63,539 bases of DNA. It comes from Alistipes sp. (GTDB lineage: Bacteria > Bacteroidota > Bacteroidia > Bacteroidales > Rikenellaceae). The DNA lies in the NCBI RefSeq assembly GCF_021204515.1, contig NZ_JAJPZH010000037.1; one strand, written 5' to 3'. Of the stretch, positions 10,601 to 19,401 are shown piece by piece (position 1 is the stretch's first letter; the number at the start of each line of letters is the position of its first letter). The notes under the pieces were generated by a model, which was not told where the DNA came from, made no database searches, and was given only the letters and a program-made list of their open reading frames with translations. Made by a program: the position numbers and the translations under genes.

Positions 10601-11470
10601 GAACGAGAGGGTGATGAACGCCACGATGATCAGGATGGCGATGTTGAGCGTCAGCATCATGTCGCGCTTGATCTGACGGGCGTTGTAGGCCGCCACGGCA
10701 GGTCCGCCGTAATAATCCGCCGTGATTCCCGCGGCGGCGTATTCGGCGTTCAGCCCCTTCAGCACCAACTCGATCCGTTCGATCAGCCGGTCGCCGACGC
10801 CCGTGTCGCCGCTCTGGTAGTGCGGCGACAGGAAGACCAGCAGCGTGGTCATGTCCTTCGAAAAGAGATAGTCGTCGCAGAGCGTATAGTTGCCCCCGAT
10901 GTTCAGCTCCTGCAGCTTGTCCAGCGCGCCGAACGACAGCCCCAGCGGATCGTCGTAGATATATTCGTCGATGAATCCCCCGACGGGCGACAGCAGGCGG
11001 CGGTAGTTGCCCTCCATCGCCTGCGCGATGCCCCGCGGGGTGACGAGCGTGTCCATGCGGGCGTAATCCGCTTCCGAAAGCAGCAGCGGCAGGTTGCCCT
11101 GCAGGAACGACCGCATGCCGTCCGCCAGTTCACTGCCGAAGGTCGCTTCGACTTCGGCATAACGCCTGAAAAGCGTGTCGGCGTTGAGCCGCGCCGCCAG
11201 CGAATCGGCGCAGGCTATCATCTGGTCGGTCTTGCCGGCCGCATCCTCGCCGGCGTTTATCATCACGGCGATCTTGTCCTTGATCTTCAAGTTCGAGAAC
11301 GCCGCGGCAGCCTTCCGCTCCCCGTCGGGGAAGAATCCGGTGATGTTCTCGTTGAACCGCAGTTGCAGCGCTGCCGCACCCATCGCCACGACCAGCGCTC
11401 CCAGCAACGCATAGAGCAGTGCGCGGCGGGATTCGAAGAAGTCGTACAGGGCAATGAAGAACTTATTCAT
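7628..11470 (-). CDS. MMPL transporter / lysophospholipid acyltransferase / class I SAM methyltransferase fusion
   Basis: Two RND-like TM blocks (GIALSYSIH, GIGDDFSIF), PlsC motifs NHQSFID and FPEGTRS, C-terminal VVDLGCGYG. Confidence 0.9.
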   Translation of the reverse strand: MNKFFIALYDFFESRRALLYALLGALVVAMGAAALQLRFNENITGFFPDGERKAAAAFSNLKIKDKIAVMINAGEDAAGKTDQMIACADSLAARLNADTLFRRYAEVEATFGSELADGMRSFLQGNLPLLLSEADYARMDTLVTPRGIAQAMEGNYRRLLSPVGGFIDEYIYDDPLGLSFGALDKLQELNIGGNYTLCDDYLFSKDMTTLLVFLSPHYQSGDTGVGDRLIERIELVLKGLNAEYAAAGITADYYGGPAVAAYNARQIKRDMMLTLNIAILIIVAFITLSFRNKFAVLLALIPVALGALFALALMSLTCHTISSIAVGAGTVVMGIALSYSIHILCHANHCHDPRQIIRDLAYPLTIGSITTIGAFAGLLFTDSQLLRDFGLFASLTLVGTTLFSLVLLPHLIRKENRGGGSAVLERVERLTGMRPDRNRPLVAAILLLTFICLFFFNRIGFDSDMMHLNYDPPRLAAAQERLSRLTNEEGERSKVLFITTADTPGEAVASYLRMGRRLDSLEQAGKIDSHAGITSFVVDSAEQQRRLERWRRFWTPQRREAVRAGIREAEKRYGFAEGAFDGALTLAGKEYGMLDYSSAAAREVFREWIDGQEKSPIFLSHVTLADSCKHEVYAAFSATDDIVVADRAFYAGKMARSVNRNFYLILSISSILVTAALFLCYGRIELTLMSLLPMAVGWVIILGLMAMLGIEFNIVTIILSTFIFGIGDDFSIFIMDGLLSEYKTGRRMLDTHKTAIFFSAFTVVVGLGALIFARHPALHSLALISLFGIVAVVLVSYTVQPVLFRMLVSSQTEKGGAPYTLGSLINTLYAFGLFVTGCQLLQALIFTLWPLPMARRRKQRIVQWSIHHMTRGFLRAMVTTKTIRLNDAGETFAEPAVVIANHQSFIDILVLLSICPKAVMVTNGWVWRSPVFGRIVRYLGFYHAADGYEHLAPALAQKVAEGYSVIVFPEGTRSADGKIKRFHKGAFYLAAELGLDILPICLYGNGMISSKRQPIYIKHGLVVSRILPRTACGDPADYSAQAKSACRQMRREYRKLYETYNRPCNPYFRDMLIKSYTYKGPVLEWYMRVKIRLEKCYTLFDRIVPREGTVVDLGCGYGPLSYMLAMLSDRRRIVGMDYDAEKIETARHSFLRRPETEFVHADLRTAELPEADAFLLLDVLHYMQPEEQRGLIARCAARLKTGGRIVIRDGDAGKTERHKTTALTEVWSTKIVGFNKTDGELHFTSTPELQQTARRLGLEIHAAYRDARTSNTVYILTRPE

Positions 11471-12620
11471 GGCGGGGCGTGCGTTTACAGAAGACGAGCA
11501 GGGCGTAGCTGACCGCCGCGGCCGCGACCGCGCATACGGCGGCCATGACGAAACTGCCCACGACGTACTGGAACATGTCGGCGGCGGCCCTTTCGAGCGT
11601 GATCTCCGACAGCGACAGCGGCATTCCGCGCCGCAGTACCTGCGCGCCGGTCCAGTAGCTGCCGTAGAGGATGAAGGGGATCATCGGCGGGATGCTGATG
11701 TTCGAACTGAGGATCGCCACGGCCTTGTTGAGCCGTGTGAAATGGGCCGTAACCCCCGCCGCGATCATTTGGTAGCCCCACAGCGGGGCGATGCCGAAGA
11801 AGATCCCCAGCCCGATCGAGGCGGCCAGCTGCGGATTCGAATCCCGCGAACGGGTGATGTTGTCCGCCACGAAACGGCGGATATTCTCTTTGGTGAGCGA
11901 CCGCAGGAACCGCCACGGATAGTAGAACAGCAGTGCCCCCAGCACGAGGAACGTGTTGAGGATGCTGATGCGCGTGAAGTCCTTGCCCGGCCGGAAGTGC
12001 GTCACGCGTTCGCTCTTTTCGGGGTAGAAGACATCGACGGGGATGTTGCGCACGGCGATTCCCCGCCATGCGGCCCGCACCAGCACTTCGACTTCGAATT
12101 CGTAGCGGCGCGTCAGGAACCGCATGCCCTTCATCCGCCGTACGGGATAGAGCCTGAATCCCGACTGGGTGTCGTCGAGCCGGATGCCGGTCTCGACGCG
12201 GAACCAGAAGTTCGAGAATCTGTTGGCGAAGGTGTTCTTGCCCGGCATGTTGTCCGAGCGGAGGTTCCGGGCGCCGACCAGCAGTGCGTCGGGCGTCTTT
12301 TCGATCTCTTCGACGAACTTCGGGATGTCCGACGCGAAGTGCTGTCCGTCCGAGTCGATCGTTATCATGTAGCGGTAGCCGTGTTCGCCCGCATGGCGCA
12401 GCGCCCGGCGTATGGCGTACCCCTTGCCGCGGTTCGGGGCGTAGGAGATCGTCTCGACGCCCTCGGCGGCCAGTATCCGGGCCGTCGAATCGGTCGAGCC
12501 GTCGTTTACGACCAGCACGTGCGCGCAGTAGCGGCGCACGTCGGCGATCACGCGGGCGACGGTTTTTTCGTTGTTGTAGGTCGGGATCACCGCCAGTATG
12601 TCGTTCCGGTCGTTCGTCAT
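11463..12620 (-). CDS. GT2 glycosyltransferase with C-terminal DUF2062-like membrane domain
   Basis: VIPTYNNE, VNDGSTD, NRGKG, TIDSDGQH, DTQSGFRLY; start trimmed to MTNDRND (ATGA overlap). Confidence 0.88.
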   Translation of the reverse strand: MTNDRNDILAVIPTYNNEKTVARVIADVRRYCAHVLVVNDGSTDSTARILAAEGVETISYAPNRGKGYAIRRALRHAGEHGYRYMITIDSDGQHFASDIPKFVEEIEKTPDALLVGARNLRSDNMPGKNTFANRFSNFWFRVETGIRLDDTQSGFRLYPVRRMKGMRFLTRRYEFEVEVLVRAAWRGIAVRNIPVDVFYPEKSERVTHFRPGKDFTRISILNTFLVLGALLFYYPWRFLRSLTKENIRRFVADNITRSRDSNPQLAASIGLGIFFGIAPLWGYQMIAAGVTAHFTRLNKAVAILSSNISIPPMIPFILYGSYWTGAQVLRRGMPLSLSEITLERAAADMFQYVVGSFVMAAVCAVAAAAVSYALLVFCKRTPRHE

Positions 12621-12985
12621 GGTTCGGGGACGGCGGTCGCTTTGAGTTTGAGTGCCGTTTTTTCGTTGTTTGTGACGACGCAGGTCACTTTCTTCGCCGC
12701 CGTGCCGTCGTCGGCGAGGCGGATGTCTATGTCGAGCAGAGTGTCCGCCTGCGGGACGATCATGCCGAGGAACTTGCATTCGCGGATCGCCGTGAAGCGG
12801 TGCCTGCGTCCCGTGCCGCGCTCCAGACACTCCCGGACGATCTGCAGCGTGCAGACGCCCGGCAGCACGGGGTTGCCGGGGAAGTGCCCTGCGTAGACCG
12901 GATGCGCCGCATTGAGCCGGACCCGGAAGGCAAGGCGGCCGTCTGCCGAGAGGTAGTTGTCTATGTCGCTGTACAGTTTCTGCAT
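12617..12985 (-). CDS. FabA/FabZ-like 3-hydroxyacyl-ACP dehydratase (ApeI-like)
   Basis: HPVYAGHFPGNPVLPGV hotdog dehydratase motif. Confidence 0.85.
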   Translation of the reverse strand: MQKLYSDIDNYLSADGRLAFRVRLNAAHPVYAGHFPGNPVLPGVCTLQIVRECLERGTGRRHRFTAIRECKFLGMIVPQADTLLDIDIRLADDGTAAKKVTCVVTNNEKTALKLKATAVPEP

Positions 12986-13003
12986 CTGATTCGGATTTGC
13001 CGG

Positions 13004-13618
13004 TCAGGGATTGAATTTCGCAGGATCGACCGCGCGGTTGAATTGCTTGTTGCGGAATTCGTAGACCGAATGTCCGCCCTCGGTCTCGTTCAGTTCCATC
13101 CGGTCGAGCGTCATGTTCTCCATCTCGAAGCGGAGCGTGATCGAGTCGATGTATTTGCGGGCGCGGCGTGACAGGGGTACCATCCGTACGGTCCCCGCGC
13201 CCTCCGTTTCGTCGTAGCCGATCTGCCACCCCTCGCCGAACTGCGAGAGGTCGCCCGTCATGCTGGCGCGGATCATCAGCGCGACCTGCTGCAACATGGG
13301 ATTGGCCGAGGTGGCCGTTTCGGTCACCTGCCCGGCGGTCCTGAGGATGATGCGGTCGTCGCGGATGATGACCTTGTCGCCCGCAGGCTCGGTGTATTCG
13401 AGCGCCATGGCTTTGGCGTTGTCGTAGTAGAAACGGCCTTTAAGCTCGATTTCGTGCTTCATCCGGCGGACCTGCCGGTGCTGCGTGAAGTCGCACTGAA
13501 TGGTTTTGTTCTCGCGGCTGGCTTGGGCGAGCCGCTCCCGGAACGAGTCGGGCAGCTGTCCCCGGGCCGTCAGCGCCGCCAGCAGTGCGAAGGGGATTAG
13601 CAGGGAGGTTATTTTCAT
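13004..13618 (-). CDS. LolA-like periplasmic lipid/lipoprotein carrier
   Basis: Signal peptide; TIQCDFTQ, GRFYY, LEYTEP and C-terminal DPAKF typical of the LolA fold. Confidence 0.78.
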   Translation of the reverse strand: MKITSLLIPFALLAALTARGQLPDSFRERLAQASRENKTIQCDFTQHRQVRRMKHEIELKGRFYYDNAKAMALEYTEPAGDKVIIRDDRIILRTAGQVTETATSANPMLQQVALMIRASMTGDLSQFGEGWQIGYDETEGAGTVRMVPLSRRARKYIDSITLRFEMENMTLDRMELNETEGGHSVYEFRNKQFNRAVDPAKFNP

Positions 13619-14301
13619 GGTTTTTCGATTTTAAACAGTTCGCATACGGTCGCCGTTCCGTAGCCGCGCCGCTTCAGGTCGTCGAGAACCAGCCTTAGCA
13701 GGCGATCCGCGCCGGGACGGTCGTCGTGCAGCAGGATCACCTTGCCGTCGCCCAGCCGGCGGGCGATACGCTCCGCCACGGCTTCGCGGCTGCGGCGCAG
13801 GAGCGTGTCGAACGAGCGGACGCTCCACCCGATGCAGCGGCTCTGCGTCCGCTTCACGGCCCGCGCCACCATCGGGTTGGTGACTCCGAACGGCGGCCGG
13901 AAAAGGTGCGTCTCCACGCCGGCGGTTCGCCGGAGCGACTCCCTGCACCGCAGGATGTCGGCCGTCATCGCCCGGCTGCTCCGCATCGGGAACCCGGCGG
14001 CGTGATCCCAAGTGTGTATGCCCGTGTCGTGCCCTTCGGCGGCGATGCGGCGCACCAGTTCCGGATGCCGCTCGGCTTTTTCCCCGATCAGGAAAAAAGT
14101 CGCCCGTACGCCCCGTTCCCGGAGCAGGTCCAGCACGCGGGGCGTTATCTCCGGGTCCGGTCCGTCGTCGAACGTCAGTGCGACGACCCGTCCCGCGGCC
14201 CTATTGCGGCACAGCGTGCGGACATACGCCCCCAGCCGTATCTGGTAGGAGCAGTAGAACAGGACGAATCCCGCGGCGATTATGACGGCGGCTACATACA
14301 T
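13615..14301 (-). CDS. polysaccharide deacetylase (CE4/NodB domain), membrane anchored
   Basis: ALTFDDGP, ATFFLIG, HTWDH, LFRPPFG, ILLHD; start trimmed to MYVAAVII. Confidence 0.88.
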   Translation of the reverse strand: MYVAAVIIAAGFVLFYCSYQIRLGAYVRTLCRNRAAGRVVALTFDDGPDPEITPRVLDLLRERGVRATFFLIGEKAERHPELVRRIAAEGHDTGIHTWDHAAGFPMRSSRAMTADILRCRESLRRTAGVETHLFRPPFGVTNPMVARAVKRTQSRCIGWSVRSFDTLLRRSREAVAERIARRLGDGKVILLHDDRPGADRLLRLVLDDLKRRGYGTATVCELFKIEKP

Positions 14302-15152
14302 GTTAGTTCCATGGCCGATTCGGTGCGGCCCGAAAAGTCGTTGTAAAGCGTGATCTTGCGCCCGGCGTTCTCCGCGACCGCCTGCCGGAATACCTCGGCG
14401 ATCGCTGTAAAGTGCGGCTTGACGCCGGTTTGCGAAGCCCGTATCGCCCGGCCTTCGGACGCTTCCGCGCCGGCTTGCCCGATGCAGGCGTTTTCGTCTC
14501 CGGATGCCTTTCCGCAGATGCCTTCGGTATGGTTCTTTTCCCCGCCGTCTGCCGCCGGGGTTCCGGCCGGGATGCGGATTCCCGTGATCGCGGCGACCGA
14601 ACAGTCGAACCGCTCGGCCGTCAGCACGAAGAATACCGACGATTCGCCCCACATCCCCTCCCGTGCGACGCGGAGCCGCTGCAGCACTTTTTCGACCGAG
14701 GGCGTCGTCTCGTCGAATGCGCCGACCAGCACGGCCCGCGACCAGCCCGCGCCGATGCGCAGTGCGGCGTCCGTAAGCGCGTTCTCGAAACTCATCCAGC
14801 GGTGGGCGTAGGTGGTGTTGTAACAGTGCAGTCCGCGCAGCAGGGCGATCTGCGCGCCGACCGTGTTGAAGGTCGACTGGATGAACGGCGTGGGGTTGAG
14901 CATCGTCTCGTCGCCTGCGATCAGCCCGTCGAGGAATTTCTCGCTGTCGGCGATGCACCCCAGCCCCGTTGCGGTGATTATCGCGTCGATCGGCGCACGC
15001 ATGCCGAATTCCAGCAGCGATTCGATGCCCGCGGCCACGCCCGATTTCACGACACGGCTCATCCGCCGCCGCAGATTCATCTCGGGGATCAGGACCTTGA
15101 TGTCGCTGCGCAGCTCCGCGCCCGATGTTATGCAATTGACGTATACCTTCAT
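14292..15152 (-). CDS. beta-ketoacyl synthase chain-length-factor-like protein (non-catalytic KS partner)
   Basis: LRRRMSR, TATGLGC, PTPFIQSTFNT, NTTY; lacks KS His motifs; ATGA overlap with upstream KS. Confidence 0.8.
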   Translation of the reverse strand: MKVYVNCITSGAELRSDIKVLIPEMNLRRRMSRVVKSGVAAGIESLLEFGMRAPIDAIITATGLGCIADSEKFLDGLIAGDETMLNPTPFIQSTFNTVGAQIALLRGLHCYNTTYAHRWMSFENALTDAALRIGAGWSRAVLVGAFDETTPSVEKVLQRLRVAREGMWGESSVFFVLTAERFDCSVAAITGIRIPAGTPAADGGEKNHTEGICGKASGDENACIGQAGAEASEGRAIRASQTGVKPHFTAIAEVFRQAVAENAGRKITLYNDFSGRTESAMELTCM

Positions 15153-16312
15153 TTTGCGAATATCAGAGTGGAACAGTTTCCGCCGAACCCGAACGAATTG
15201 GACAGCACCGAATTTACGGCTGCGGATTCCGTCTCCGCGACGGGCCGCAGCCCCAGCTCCGGAATCGGCTCCGCGAATCCGGGATTGCCGTAGCGCAGTC
15301 CGTGCCCGATGGCCAGCGCTGACAGCACGGCTTCGATGCCGCCGGCCGCGGCCAGCGCGTGCCCGGTGAAGCCCTTCGTCGAACTGAACGGCGGCACCTG
15401 CTCGCCGAACAGCCGCCGCAGGGCGGTGCCTTCGGTCAGGTCGTTGTTCGGCGTCGCCGTGCCGTGGGCGTTGATGTAGTCCACGCGCTCCAGCCCGCTC
15501 CGGGCCAGCGCTTCGGCCATGGCGCGGTACGCCCCCTCGCCCGTCTCGGACGAAGCGGTCTGGTGGTGGGCGTCGTTGGCGTTGGCATACCCCGCAAGGC
15601 GGCAGTAGGAGCGCATGCCCGGCGCTTCGCGCGCAAGGACGACATATCCCGCCCCTTCGCCCAGATTCAGCCCTGCGCGCGTGGCGTCGAACGGGCGGCA
15701 CCGCTCCCGGTCGAGAATCGAGAGCGAGTTGAATCCGTTGAGCGTGAAGCGGCACAGCGCGTCGGTGCCTCCGGCCACCACGTAGTCGGCCATGTCGTTT
15801 TCGAGCAGCAGCGCGCCGGTGATGACGGCGTTCGCGGCCGACGAGCAGGCTGTGCTGACGGTCGCCGTGTAACCCGTGATGCCGCAGTACTCCGCGATCC
15901 GGCGGGTGCTGTCGGCGCAGTCGTGCCCCGCCACTGAGCGCAGGCGTCCTCTGCCGTTGTCCGACCTGAAGGCGCGGTAGAAATTCTCCGTGAGGTTCAT
16001 GCCGCCGACCGAGGTCCCCGAAACGAGTGCCACGCGCGCCGCGGCGGGAATCGCCGCATCGGCCACGGCCTGCGCCGCGGCGATCATCCCCAGCAGGGCC
16101 GTGCGCGAAGGGGTCTCGCGCGCCGGGATGCCGAGCAGTTCGCCGAGCGCCCGGTTGTCGTGCCGGACCTCGCCGACGGGCACGTCGACGGCCGAACGGA
16201 AAAGCGTCAGCTTCCCGATCCCGCTGCGTCCGGCCCGCAGGGCCGCCAGCGTCTCCCCGGCCCCGTTGCCGAGTGCCGAGATGATCCCTATGCCCCGGAC
16301 GGCTATGTTCAT
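15149..16312 (-). CDS. beta-ketoacyl-ACP synthase (Cys-His-His type)
   Basis: STACSSA, NAHGTAT, GHALAAAG, NSFGFGG. Confidence 0.92.
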   Translation of the reverse strand: MNIAVRGIGIISALGNGAGETLAALRAGRSGIGKLTLFRSAVDVPVGEVRHDNRALGELLGIPARETPSRTALLGMIAAAQAVADAAIPAAARVALVSGTSVGGMNLTENFYRAFRSDNGRGRLRSVAGHDCADSTRRIAEYCGITGYTATVSTACSSAANAVITGALLLENDMADYVVAGGTDALCRFTLNGFNSLSILDRERCRPFDATRAGLNLGEGAGYVVLAREAPGMRSYCRLAGYANANDAHHQTASSETGEGAYRAMAEALARSGLERVDYINAHGTATPNNDLTEGTALRRLFGEQVPPFSSTKGFTGHALAAAGGIEAVLSALAIGHGLRYGNPGFAEPIPELGLRPVAETESAAVNSVLSNSFGFGGNCSTLIFAK

Positions 16313-16563
16313 TTGCGGTTTTTACGGATATAGTCGGCCAGCGTGGCGACCGAGTGGAATATCGGTTTGGCTTCGGCCGGGTTGGCCAGCCGGATGCCGT
16401 AGTGTTTTTCGAGCAGGAGCGTGATTTCGAGGGCGTCGATCGAATCCAGTCCGAGTCCTTCGCCGAACAGCGGCGCGTCGGTGGCGATCTCTTCGGCGGT
16501 GATCTCCTCCAGATTCAGCGCTTCGATAATCTGCTGTTTGAGTTGCAGTTCCAGATTTTCCAT
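16309..16563 (-). CDS. acyl carrier protein
   Basis: 84 aa, acidic, GLGLDSIDALE phosphopantetheine site. Confidence 0.93.
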   Translation of the reverse strand: MENLELQLKQQIIEALNLEEITAEEIATDAPLFGEGLGLDSIDALEITLLLEKHYGIRLANPAEAKPIFHSVATLADYIRKNRK

Positions 16564-16568
16564 CGTAT

Positions 16569-18533
16569 CTATTCGAGTTTTTCGGTTAATGTCAGTTCAC
16601 AGTCGTACTCCCCGCCGCAGAGTTCGCACCAGCCCCACACGACGGCGTCCATGCGTCCTTGGGCGATCAGTCCTTCGGCGTATTTCCGGATAAAGTTACG
16701 GTTTTTGTCCGGGAACGCAAAAAAAGTGCTCTCGCCTTTCAGCCCGTGCTTGATCGCGATCTGGCCCAGCATGATGTTCGGGAGCGTGTAGACGAACACC
16801 GCCGGGGAGGCTCCGCTCCCGTCGGCGGCGTCGATGACGGCCTGATGGCGCATGTCGCTGTCGAGCGACGCGCTGCGGTTGGCCAGCACCACGCCGATCC
16901 GCTCGGCCGGGCAGTCGGGCCGTCGCCCGGCCAGCAGTTCGCACGATGCGACGTAGGCCAGCTTGCAGAGGTCGTCCATCTTCGAAAACTTCATGTTAGG
17001 GTCTGCCAGCGCGCGGTATCTCTCGCGGATGAAGACGCCGAACGGCACCTCCGGATGCCGCGTTATGGTCACGTGCGCCGTGTCGCGGGCGGCGCGTATC
17101 CGTCCGGCCTCGCTGCAGCCTGCCTGCCCGGCGTTTGTTATGACGTTGTTTCCGTTCGCTGCGGCGCACTCTTTCTGTCCGACGTTCGCTGCGGCGCTGC
17201 TTTCGTCCGCTCCGGTGAATCCGGGTTGTCCGCCGGCTGTTTCCTGCCTGCGTTTGTTCTGAGCGTCGTCCCGGTCGGTTTCGGCGCCGTTTGTCCCGTC
17301 CTGACGGGCGGGATTTTCTCCGTCGCAGTATCGTCCGCCGAAAACGTCGCTTCGCTCCGCCGCGGCATTCTCGTCCGTGCTGCCCGTCTCGTCCGTGCCG
17401 TATGCGTTCCGCCACGTCCCGCGCCGGAATACCGCCGCGGCGTTGCAGCCGCCGAATCCCGACGCCGTTTTCAGCGCGGCGTCCGTCCGGATAGTGCGGT
17501 GTTCCGCGCTTATGTTCAGCGGATAGGGCACCCCGCACTCCGCATAGCCTTTGACGCCGAAGACGCTCCCTTCGGCCAGTCCGTGCACCGTGACGATGCT
17601 TTCGATGACGCCCGAAGCGCCGAGCGTATGCCCGAAATAGGGTTTCAGCGAGTTGCAGGGCGTGCCGCACAGTCCTGCGAGATGCAGCGCCCGGCTCTCC
17701 ATCTCGTCGTTGTAGAGCGTCGCCGTGCCGTGGGGATTGACCATGCCGATCTCTGCGGCGCCGAGCGACGCTTCGCGGAGCGCCGCGCCGATTGCGAACG
17801 CGAGTCCGTCGCCCGTGCGCGACGGAGCCGATATGTGGTTCGCGTCGTTGGAGATGCCGCCTCCCGCCACGGTGACGCCCGTGGCCGAAAGCTCTCGATC
17901 GGTCGTGAGCAGCACCGCGCCGCCGGCTTCGCCCAGCGTCAGCCCGTCGCGCGCCGCGTCGTAGGGGCGGCAGAGCACGGGGCTTACCGATTTGAAGGCG
18001 TTGAATCCGCTGACGATGAAATCGCACAGCAGGTCGAATCCCGCGACGAAGACATGGTCGTACTCGCCGCTGCGGATCAGCCGCGACGCGACGACGATGG
18101 CCGAGAGGCCCGAAATGCAGGCGTTCGAGATCACCAGCGGCCGGTTCGCCGCCCCGAAATGCCTTCCGACGATCTCCGCCGTGTCGTTCAGATCGCATTT
18201 CGCCGGATCGCCGTTCAGCAGGCCGATATTGCCTTTGGTCGTGGAGAGAATGATGAGCGTCCGTTCGTCCGCGGGCGACACGCCCGACCGGGCGATCACC
18301 TCGCCCAGCGTCAGCAGCGCCAGTCGTTCCGCGGGCGTGTATTCCGTCAGTCTCCGCTCCGCCGCCAGCTGCGCGAACCGTTCCCTGTCGATCCGGCAGA
18401 CGGGCGTGCCGTCGTGCCATGCCGAGAGATTCGTCCTCCCGGCGCGCACGGCCTCCATATTCTCCCGCGTGCCGAATCCGAGCGCTGACAGGATGCTGTC
18501 GGGTCCCCACCAGACCGCTACTTCACGTCCCAT
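16569..18533 (-). CDS. beta-ketoacyl-ACP synthase fused via a long linker to a CLF-like domain
   Basis: SNACISG, NPHGTAT, GHTLGASG, SGFGG; ~115 aa low-complexity linker; then FSKMDDLCK and SPAVFVYTLPN; start trimmed to MGREVAV. Confidence 0.85.
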   Translation of the reverse strand: MGREVAVWWGPDSILSALGFGTRENMEAVRAGRTNLSAWHDGTPVCRIDRERFAQLAAERRLTEYTPAERLALLTLGEVIARSGVSPADERTLIILSTTKGNIGLLNGDPAKCDLNDTAEIVGRHFGAANRPLVISNACISGLSAIVVASRLIRSGEYDHVFVAGFDLLCDFIVSGFNAFKSVSPVLCRPYDAARDGLTLGEAGGAVLLTTDRELSATGVTVAGGGISNDANHISAPSRTGDGLAFAIGAALREASLGAAEIGMVNPHGTATLYNDEMESRALHLAGLCGTPCNSLKPYFGHTLGASGVIESIVTVHGLAEGSVFGVKGYAECGVPYPLNISAEHRTIRTDAALKTASGFGGCNAAAVFRRGTWRNAYGTDETGSTDENAAAERSDVFGGRYCDGENPARQDGTNGAETDRDDAQNKRRQETAGGQPGFTGADESSAAANVGQKECAAANGNNVITNAGQAGCSEAGRIRAARDTAHVTITRHPEVPFGVFIRERYRALADPNMKFSKMDDLCKLAYVASCELLAGRRPDCPAERIGVVLANRSASLDSDMRHQAVIDAADGSGASPAVFVYTLPNIMLGQIAIKHGLKGESTFFAFPDKNRNFIRKYAEGLIAQGRMDAVVWGWCELCGGEYDCELTLTEKLE

Positions 18534-18961
18534 CTCTCCTTCCATTTGCGGTAGAACTCCGGCGCGAGCAGCTGCAGCTCGCCGCGGGCGTCGAGAAACA
18601 CCTGCGTCGAGCTTCCCTCGGCGACGATTTCGCCGTCGGTGGCGCTGCGGATCGTGTATTCGAAACATATCTTCGCCGCTTCGGTGGCGATATAGCGGGT
18701 CTCGACCACGGCCGTGTCGTTTACGCGCAGCGGCTTTTTGTATTGCAGCTGCAGTTCGACGATCGGCGCGGTGTATCCGCTGGCATGGATGTCCATGTAG
18801 CCCAATCCCGCGAATTCGCGCCCGAAGGCCTCGCGTCCGTCCTCGAAATAGCGCACGTACTCGCCGTGCCATACGATCTGCATCGAGTCCACCTCGCTGA
18901 ACCTTACGCGCAGCGATGTCTTGCTGACAAGGCTCGCCTCGGCTGTTTTTCTGCGTACCAT
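18518..18961 (-). CDS. acyl-CoA/ACP thioesterase (4HBT/YbgC family)
   Basis: VRFSEVDSMQIVWHGEYVRYFE; start trimmed to MVRRKT. Confidence 0.88.
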   Translation of the reverse strand: MVRRKTAEASLVSKTSLRVRFSEVDSMQIVWHGEYVRYFEDGREAFGREFAGLGYMDIHASGYTAPIVELQLQYKKPLRVNDTAVVETRYIATEAAKICFEYTIRSATDGEIVAEGSSTQVFLDARGELQLLAPEFYRKWKERWDVK

Positions 18962-19401
18962 CACTCTTCCATGTATATTTTCATCCGGCACTCGGCGACG
19001 GGCTTTCCGCCGCATTCGGTCCGTGCCGAAAGCAGGGTTACGTTCATTACCGCCTGTTCGACGGCGATCGTCGTGACGAGCCGGCTGCCGACCGGGGGCA
19101 GCGCATGGATTTTCAGGTCGTTCACGGCTCCGATATACCCCAGCCGCACCTTTTCGCCGCGGCTGCGGTCCATATAGCCTGCGCGCAGGGCGGCCGACTG
19201 GGCGATATGCTCGATCAGGCCGCACTCGCTGAGCGCGCCCTCTTCGATGAAGATGTTGTCTTCGCGTACGGTCAGCCCGCTGCGGGCGCATCCGTCTTCG
19301 CCGATGCCGTAGAAGGCATCCGCCATGACGATCGGCGGCCGCTGCGGAATGTATTCCACTATTTCGTCCGCCGCAATCAGGGCTTTCTCAGGTACTCCCA
19401 T
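18961..19401 (-). CDS. hotdog-fold dehydratase partner (ApeP/FabZ-like)
   Basis: IPQRPPIVMAD, LIEHIAQSAA, GYIGAV. Confidence 0.8.
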   Translation of the reverse strand: MGVPEKALIAADEIVEYIPQRPPIVMADAFYGIGEDGCARSGLTVREDNIFIEEGALSECGLIEHIAQSAALRAGYMDRSRGEKVRLGYIGAVNDLKIHALPPVGSRLVTTIAVEQAVMNVTLLSARTECGGKPVAECRMKIYMEE

